Source: Trichoplax sp. H2
Taxonomy: Eukaryota
Direction: 5' to 3'
Assembly (NCBI GenBank): GCA_003344405.1
Contig: NOWV01000019.1
Location: 558,001 to 622,000 of the forward strand
DNA: 64,000 nucleotides
Of the stretch, positions 55,203 to 64,000 are shown in pieces (within the stretch, counting starts at the first letter, position 1; every line of letters begins with the position of its first letter). A program made the translations under genes and the position numbers. The notes beneath the pieces were generated by a model. It did not search any database and was not told the origin of the DNA. It worked only from the letters and a program-made list of their open reading frames with translations.

Positions 55203-58200
55203 TTATTCTACTCTATTTTCGATTGGATGAACATTAGTCAAGGATAAGATACTTTGGGAATCATAGTTACTATCATCTGACGATTGATCAGACCATTTAT
55301 CAAGTAGGCTAAATCCAGAAATATCATCGCAATTACGCCATGTATAGGAATATTTAGCATAGTTTTCATCAAAATATTGAAATAGTGAATTCGAAGAGTC
55401 CGTTCGCCTAGCAGAATCCATACTTAAATCTCTATGATACCTGTTAGAAAACGGGAAATTTTCATAGGCTGGAAGCCTAGTTAACGAACCAATATCTGCA
55501 GCGTTGCTATTTCCAGCGGAATATATTGCAACTTCAGAATTGGAGTAAGTAATCCTTGAAGTAAATGGATAAAATGTTAGAGTTACATTACTAGGAAATG
55601 ATGCCAGTGAGCTATTAATATCTTGTTCGTTAATATCTATAGCATTGACATCGGTAACTCGATAGCCTTCCGTCAATCTTTTATCATCTTTAGTACCAGT
55701 CTCAAAATTAGAATAACTTCTCATGAGTCGATTATTGTTCATATTACTTATTCCAGATAATCTGTTAAAATTTTCAGTTGTATCGAAATCTTGGAACTGA
55801 TTTTTTGCAAAGGGTAAATCGTAGTAGGAATTTTCTTTCGCATCATTAACCCCGGTTTCGATATTGGAATAACATCTCATTAGTCCATTAATACCCACAT
55901 GAATTAATGGAGGCAATCTGTTAGGCACAACAATTCCACCAGAAGTTCGAAATTGATATCTTCTAAATGAAGAGCCATCATTGAAGATTCTCTCAGTTTT
56001 TGAATCGTTGTGGAAGTTTCTCACGGTATGATTCACTTGCTCTACTGTAGGAGCATAATTATTGATGAGCATCTGTTGAATTAAATCAGTATACCCTATG
56101 GATAGATTAGAAGATACATTTTCTTGTCTAAAAGCGGCAAATTGGGCTTGTTGGTCATCATTTTTATTAGTGAAATCAAGACTGGCAGAACTTTCTCGAT
56201 TGTTGATAGGCCTGTTTTGTAGATTTTCTTCAATATTTATAGCTACTTTTCCACCCTTTTGTCTATGTTGTAATTGATTATCAACACGAGATAAGATCGC
56301 GCTTTCGTAGTTAACTTGTATAATGTTATCAGATAGACTTGCGGTTGGATCTACTTGCTCATTATTTTGATCTTCATTAGCGTTATTTCGATTTAAACAA
56401 GGATTTCTTAAACTATATCCGTTTTGCAATTGATCAGCCACTCGAAATGGAGCCACGCTCTTGTTCTTATCTACATTGCTATTAGGTAGATTTGTGATTC
56501 GATCCATTGGGATATCAACCTGATTTTTATCAATATCTCCACTATTTTTACAAGGATAGCATACAATTACATGGTTAGCAGATCTATCGGCAATATTCGT
56601 TTTTACTTCGTAAGAATTTTCTCCATTGCACTTGCTTATGACGTTTTTAGTCGACTGTTGTACATAGCATGCTAATATAGAGAGTACAAATAAAATACCC
56701 AATAGGACAACTATTATAATATAACATCCGATAGCTGAAGGTGCCGAAGTTCCTATAGATATTCAGAATGAAACAAGATATAGTCGTCTCTGCTAGCTTT
56801 CTATTCAATTAGAAGACACTTGATAATCAAATATTCTTTGCCTCTGAGGTCTAATAAAAGAACATCTAAAATTAATCGGTCTCTTACCAGTTGAAATTGT
56901 TGACCTTGTTGTAGTTGTCTTACTCGTGCTTGTATCTGTATTTTCATTATTCTTGCTATAAGTAGCCTGCCTAGTTTCTAGTAACATTTTAAACAACAAA
57001 TGATGATCATATTACTTTTCAAATATTTGAAAGATATCACAAATTATATTGATTTTGAAGCTCTTCTAGAAGACACCATCATCTAACAATATTTATGATA
57101 TTTATGATATTGCTGTAAAATCTATACCTGCAGTATTTGACATAGTCCATGCTTTAGAACCTAAATCGTTGATGGTAGGCCTGATAGTCTTAAGTAATTT
57201 ATAAGGAATCAAAGTTGAGACCTGACTTTTTCTCGGAGTAGTATAGCCACCCAAACTTGGTGTATAGCCTATATCAAAATTGAAATTTAGATGCTGTTAT
57301 ATAAACATATTTCTCAAGATTGCGTAATCATAGAAAGAGCAATCATAATTTGATTACTTTAAGCCCAGCCTATACTACGAAGTCCATGAATTATATTAGC
57401 TATAATTTGTCAAAATTTTTATTAATACTTTGAGATCAAGTTGATAAGTATACGTATGATAACATCTTTAATAATGTAGTTAAACAGCTCCATGATTCCA
57501 CTTAAAGTCTAGTGTATTCATTTAAATAATGACCAATTCTGGATTAAAATAGACTGCTTAATTTGTAAAATCATCATCCACTTATAAAAGCAGCTGTAAA
57601 AGTATAGAACAACTATCGGTTGAAATTACTTAATTCCATTTGACCATATTTCAATTATTAGTAGCAACATATCACTTTAAGATCACATATGAGCTACTAC
57701 TGCCAGTCTGCAATACTGGCTAGTATTCATATGAAGGGTGAGAGGACTAATTTATACTAAAGATAATAATTTATTTAAGAAAGCCACTAGATATTTTATT
57801 TTAGAGAAACTTTACCATAAACCATGAAATCTTTAACGTCTTAAACTAGAATCAATTTTGTAGCTATACAAGAAATCGCTAGCCATATCAGCTGAATGCT
57901 TAAAGTACTATTAATGGCATAATAAAAGTTATTACTTGCTATTATTGGCTTCCCTGCAGATTCAATTGGTACTGGTGAAATATCTGGATATAGCCATGGA
58001 CATATGATTGGCCGACATGGAAAATTGGTATTCTCATCAGTAGTAGCAGAGCTCCTCGTTTTGGTCGCAGTCGCATCAGGTTTTATCTCACTTCTCTCGT
58101 TAGATGGGATACTAAATGACCATTTCGTGGTATTATCACTAACTAATTGAGATGGGGCTTTGGTATTAGCAAACCAAGAGTAGACTTGATTAAAGTGAAA

Positions 58201-61200
58201 CTGATTAAATGGACGTTGAATGACGCTAATCTTACTATCCTGTAAAAGATGAATACAAAGAAGCTAGTGAAAAATCCTCAACTAGATTTCCGCGTTGTAT
58301 TGATTAATGATATATAATTTATTCTATGAACCACCAGTAATGATGCGACTACTCTCAATCTGCTTTAAGTTATCTAATTATAGTTATCTTAGCATAGTGT
58401 ATAATATCGTATTTTATACATTTTTAATATTGAATGCGATAACGTATATACCTTTGAAAGATGTAGAAGTTAACTAATTAAAATATACTAGTATTACGGA
58501 AATATTGGATACAGAATTTTTAGAGCCTGCACTTGTATATCGCAGTCATAAATGTGGTCACTACATCTTTTTTCTCATAGTTTTAATTTAATAGTTCTAC
58601 TTCAACGTAATTGATTTCCTATTCCTAGATACAGCTCTCATCATGACCATGAAATAATATTAAAAGACACACTATGGTCTCACCAATTGAAGCACTTGAG
58701 TCCTGTCGTTATTGATCAAGTAAAAATTATACATGTAATCGCGTTTGTCAAAGCAATCCTGTGATTCAATGCATTGAAACTTGACTACTTTTTCTCTAAA
58801 ATCAATAAGTGTATTGCATATTTGCGGAGGATCTGGTTTAACTAGTAAAATTAGAAGAAGATTATTAGGAAAAGTCATTCACTCTAAATAAAGTAAGAGT
58901 CATCGTATACTTAATAAAAATGAAAAGCCAGTTTTTATATAATATTATAATTGTCTGCTTGCTCATAAACTAGAAATCTGACAATTTAAAACTAGCGAAA
59001 GCAATTGATGAATGTAATCAAAATCATACTATAACCTTTAACTTATATCATGTCTAATTAATGAACAATGAATTATAATTAGCAGCAAAGTTAATAATTG
59101 CTTTTCAGTACGGTAGAAAATATTGGCTAAAACATATTGAAAATGGCGCACTATTCAAAGAAGATATCTTTTCTATAAGCTAGTCGACTGACTATTACGT
59201 TCATGTGTTGCATTTTCTTCACTATAGCTATCAAAATCGACTGGTGGCTTTAGAATCTAATAGCAGAAAAATATTCATTAATTTTAGGATTATTTTACTA
59301 CAGCGGTAACTTGTCAACGTTAAAGAGCAGGTATATCCTGCTAATGCACCGCTATGTCTGAAGGTCTAACATGCAATCAATTAGTATCAGTTTAAAGCTT
59401 TAAATGCGACTTTCCATCTACGTAATCATTTTGCTTAGTTATAATGAAAGACTGATATTATGAATTTGAATAGCAATGATCTTACATTTTTTTGGAAGAT
59501 CTATAATGGATGAGTCTGTCATATTGACTTTTTGACCGTTATACATGGTCACAATTTGATATCGAAATGTTGGAGCATTCGATACAACAGGCAGAGTTAT
59601 TTCGCATCTATTGTTGTTCATCTTCTTGCAGGAGAGTGATTTCATACACGGAACGAAGAATCCATGACATGGATATTCAATAGAGTATTCAACGAATTTC
59701 AAGCACTCAGAAGGCATATCAATGGGATGATTCCATGTAATTCGCAGTCGATTGCATTGGAAAACCGTTATAATATTGGCTGCAACACCTATTTTATTCT
59801 TAGCTAAAAATATAGGACAAGTCGTTGTTACTAATAAAATTCGAGTAAATTGAATTCTATGAAACGAAATATATGACTTCAATAGTGAATAAGCCTTGCT
59901 GTGAAATAACTATGGGATTTTGGGCAGTCCTAGTTTTAAAGTGGAAAAAAATGTCCTAATACGTTTCAATAAGTCTCATATTATAAGATATAGTTACTGT
60001 GTAATCTTTAGTATTCCTCAAATGCGTGTTTAACCAGATCATAAAAGCAACTTTCAATGCATTACTTTCTGAATTTATTTTAGATTTAGAATCAATACCT
60101 AGATGTCACAAACCAGCTTTGTGACAAAAGTAACGTAAAAAAAATTTCTAAATTACTAAGTCTCCGGGATTCAGTATCCCGTAACTACCTCACAAGAATT
60201 TGGACGCTTTTGCTTCTATGTTAAAACAACTATAAAACTCTTCTTTCATTCAACTATCTACCGAGCTTAAATACCTTTGGGCTGCAACTATCATGTATGA
60301 GTCATAACAGTTCATGCAATTTTAGCTCATATAGGATAGCTAAATTAACACAGACATTAATCATAATTTTGGACATGTACTGAACGATTCTAGATAATTA
60401 GACTACAGTATGTCCACTCACAGAATTATTTATAGTGTCATCCATCATTGAATATCTTCAGAATATTCATCACAAGCGTTACAAGACATAACACTATAAT
60501 CAATTAATATTAGTTACCTTATGAGAACTCTTACTACAATACAGCATAATTTGTTGTAACCAAAATAATAACTACTGTAGTTTTTACTGTAAGTCATCAT
60601 TAATTATCTCCATATATAAATGTTTAACACTAAATTTAGTCATTTACTCTTCACTATGTCTCGTACTATGACTCTAGAACTATAATGTTGTTAGGACCAG
60701 ATTAGGGGAAGGATTAAAGCCTGCTAAAAGTGCTACACAGTTTGATTACTTTGCAGCCTCTTACTACAAAATTGAGATGCTGAAAAACAACAATGCAACG
60801 TCTTGCTTTATCAAAATCTAATAGAGTCCGCTTTAATTTTAATGCAGTCTCAATTTCATTGGATAGATTTTTACTAGAGCTAGACCTTAAAATATGGGTA
60901 AACCTTCTTGGTTATTCGTACACTGTATATCTACAGTAGTTTATTTTGGTTGGTATTCATAAGACCTGATAAGTTTTGACATGGCTCAAGGGTCACTTTG
61001 AAATAAAGTATATTACACTAGGTAATCGAAGATAAGCAGATTTGAATAACTTCTAAGCCGTCGGTCTCTCTCGAGGTGGTCTTATAATTAATTCAACTAA
61101 TGAACCATAGAATTACAACAATGTTTAATATTGTTTCTTGCAGCAAAATTTGTACAGTATTGTAGTGTACGAGTTCTTAATCTACTGTACTATCACTGCA

Positions 61201-62702
61201 TTTCCGTAACACGTAACTACTGTAAATAGCTGAAATCATTTGAAGTATGTACTGATTGTCTTTGCGATGACATAATATTGATATCCTACATTTCGAATAT
61301 TTAGATCAATAAAATACATCAATGTAAACATCTTGGTATGGATACTACAAGTCAACAAACACCAAATTGATCACTCATTATTTTGCTTAGTCCTGCGAAT
61401 GCTTAAGTCTGATATAATAACTACGGCGATGATAATTTGTTTGAATTTTATAAACAGATTGAGATGTTGTTCCAAGCTCATCTATTCAAGTCATGATGAC
61501 GTTATGATTAAATAATTTTGGACGTCTATTAATCTATCTTTGCGAAAGCATTAAAATACTCATTGCTATCATAATTTAATGATACGGTATGTACTGAAAT
61601 CTTTTATAAGTTATGATCAAATCAAATTAAATGGTTGAAGTAGTTCACTTTAATAGCTGAAATCTCTATATTAACTGTGCTAAACGATATAAAATAAGGA
61701 AAATTTAGGACAAAGCTAATCTAGAAAAACAATAAATGACGACGCATGTTGCACGAGAATGCCAATTTTGTGTTATATATTAATATTAATGAAATAGGCT
61801 ATATTCTTATTATCTTTCTACTATTCTTGATATTTTAGTTATTGGCAAAACAATTTGGAAAATATTTCCAGTGCTAAATCGAAATTTAAACTTACCCAGA
61901 TCGCAGTTAGTCCTAGAAATTGTAGTATCGCCTTATTAAAAGAGAATAGAAATTATACGTTAACATCATAAGACTAATGTAAACTGACAATTGCAAACTT
62001 AACATAAAACTGAATTGATAGGGCAAGCGTGAAGTAGTCACATTAAAGAACTTTCGAATTGAGTATTTGAAATTATATGTCTAGATCACAGTAGGCTTAT
62101 CTTATAAGTACATTGAATAGTAATTGGTACTTTTGGTATTCAGGGAAAATGCTTAACGATGTAAGATGATTTAATTTCGTAAATTTCTTTTTAATCTATC
62201 GTAGATCTCTCTGGATTGAAGTCATTCGTACGACAATATTTACTGCCATAACCAGTTACCAATTCCATTGAAAGAAAAGTGATCAATTTTATTTGCTTCA
62301 AATAATAAATGCATTGCGGTCTAATCTGCACCTTTATGGTAAATATCTAATTTGATTCATTTCTAATAAAAAAATTTATTCTCTCAGTTTGATAATTTAG
62401 TTATACGCTCAATTTTATTTAGATGGTTTATTGATGAAATCTTCTATAATAGTCTCTCATTAAATATCTTTCTCTCATTCAACTAGACGTAGCTCATTGT
62501 CCTACGGCTTCTTCGTTACTGAAGTTACTGATAATTAATACAAAGGAGCTGATCAACACTTACAATTAAATTCCTATTACTTCGACGATCATATTCAAGT
62601 TTCGCTGTTATATCATAATTAAGTTAGAATTCACACCCTACCTGAACTTTCACCAAATGACCGAGTAATAGCAACAACAGTTAGCATCAAAATCTGCCAC
62701 AT
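55203..62702 (-). CDS. Receptor D: type I membrane protein, one FN3-pair module, three-exon stalk, TM, ~485-aa Asn/Ser-rich Tyr-motif tail
   Basis: Exons 62702-62642 (MWQILMLTVVAITRSFGESS), 61931-61896 (Cys micro-exon), 59803 (or 59788)-59486 (D1), 58841-58684 (D2a FKPDPPQIC...), 58239-57936 (D2b), 57268-57128, 56977-56888 (Thr-rich), 56752-55203 (TM AIGCYIIIVVLLGILFVLSILACYV + tail). All GT-AG and in frame. Confidence 0.83.
60104..60673 (-). mobile_element. Old, diverged family-1-related solo LTR (570 bp), TSD CTAGA, in an intron of receptor D
   Basis: Left end TGTCACAAACCAGCTTTG matches family 1 TGTCACAAAACAGCTTTG. Patchy internal similarity. CTAGA at 60099-60103 and 60674-60678. The terminal base is mutated. 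Confidence 0.55.
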
Positions 62703-64000
62703 CTTGTATCATCAGCGGCGGTAGCTGTCAAGTTATTCTATACAATTGTTGATTGTGCAATGAATTCAAATAGCTACAGTATTGAAATAACATCAAATGA
62801 ATAAGTTGGAGATTTATCTTATGCTGTTAAAAGTCATAAAGCTATTAATTCATAATACCTTACGCTGCTCTTTAAATAAGAATTTTTTTAATCGAATTTG
62901 ATTTATGTGCAAAAGAGTTTTACGATGCAAATGGCCAATGAATGCTACTTCGATCCTTCGATCGTGTCTTTAGTCAATTAAATTATACATCTAGCGTATC
63001 TTAAAATACAGTAGTTTTGCCTATCTTGTGATAAGGCGAGGCTTCATGATAATGCAAATTACATAATTTGGGCAATCCCCGGAATTATTTATTTTAATTT
63101 AATTTATTATGTGGCATCAGTTCATCCTACACACAAGGTAGGCAAAAGTAATAGTATTTCATAACACGTGTATTTATACACTGATGGTAGTTTTATACCC
63201 AAGTCTTAAGCGAGAAAAATCATATCCTAGACTACATTAGATCACCCAGATGTGAACGATCGATACTATTAGTATGACATCATCGACAATTAAATCATCA
63301 TCGCATGTTAATTTTACAGATTATCATTCTTCGTTACTAAGCATTTGCTCTAACTTAAACGACCAAATAGTTTGATTATATACATAATAAGAATGAAGAT
63401 TTACCAGCCAAATATCAAGGCATAGATTTAGTTGAATGATTTCTTAAAGCTAGGCTTCGTCTCCATAAAGCAATTAGTGATACCTGCTTGAAATGTTAAC
63501 TTACTCATCTGCTCAATACAATCTTATCTACTTAAATTGAATCTTTGTGGAATAGAAATTGCTCACATGCCAATGTCTATTTATATAGAGAGCTAGTATG
63601 AACGATAATGATCCATGCTTTAAGATCCTAAAAGTACCGGTGAATGATAACAGGCAGCTTTAAACTTTAAGTTTGATAGTATTACACCTCTGTAGCCCTT
63701 TGTGTCGATAGATATTTGCTTTAATTATGACTCATCTGGGGACTTTTAACTTTGATTATCCACCTGTGATTGTGGGTATCCAAACAACTCTAATGTAAAT
63801 AATAATTATACTAGCAAGATACTTGATAAAGATTTAAAATTCATCACATCAACAATACTTAAAAGGATATCCTATCCACGTTTAGTCTAAGTCTATCATG
63901 ATGACGATTACATCATATTGTTATCCAATGCTTGTGTTTATGCTTAGAATTATATCCCTAGAATCATCAATACTAAGTAATTAATAGAAGTTGTACCTCG

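Noticed and set aside
16718-59882. Apparent conserved C-terminal 'CK' in the D1 ORFs of the track
   Set aside because: Artefact of reading through the T|GTAAG splice donor; the spliced codon is Phe or Tyr.
13950-62702. Naming the receptors as orthologues of gp130, domeless or IFNAR
   Set aside because: No WSXWS, no canonical membrane-proximal Box1, and the similarity is motif-level only; orthology cannot be supported without searches.

Overview
AT-rich (roughly 30% GC by eye) eukaryotic genomic DNA with short GT-AG introns and three 20-N assembly gaps. Composition and gene style suggest a compact early-branching animal genome such as a placozoan; this is inference only. The bacterial-style ORF track mostly catches exon fragments, so I rebuilt the genes by hand from splice sites and intron phases. 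(1) Bases 31-4271 (minus) hold the 5' part of a signal peptide / LRRNT-like / MAM / SRCR gene that runs off the left edge. (2) Bases 13950-62702 (minus) hold a tandem array of four divergent paralogues, A-D. Each is built from one module: a Cys micro-exon, FN3-like D1, and FN3-like D2 split by a phase-0 intron. The module resembles the ~200-aa cytokine-receptor homology domain (class II / tissue-factor-like C-x7-C, KPDPP-type hinge, no WSXWS). A has 2 modules, a TM helix and a short tail with RDLPPLP and VTYEPIYDGI. B has 2 modules plus a truncated third and no TM. C and D have 1 module, a Ser/Thr stalk, a TM helix and a long Tyr-motif tail. (3) At least ten solo-LTR-like elements (TGT...ACA, TATA, AATAAA), six with exact 5-bp target-site duplications. 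One copy is seen as both a filled and an empty allele across a gap. There is also a small MITE with perfect terminal inverted repeats. No rRNA, tRNA or CRISPR was seen.
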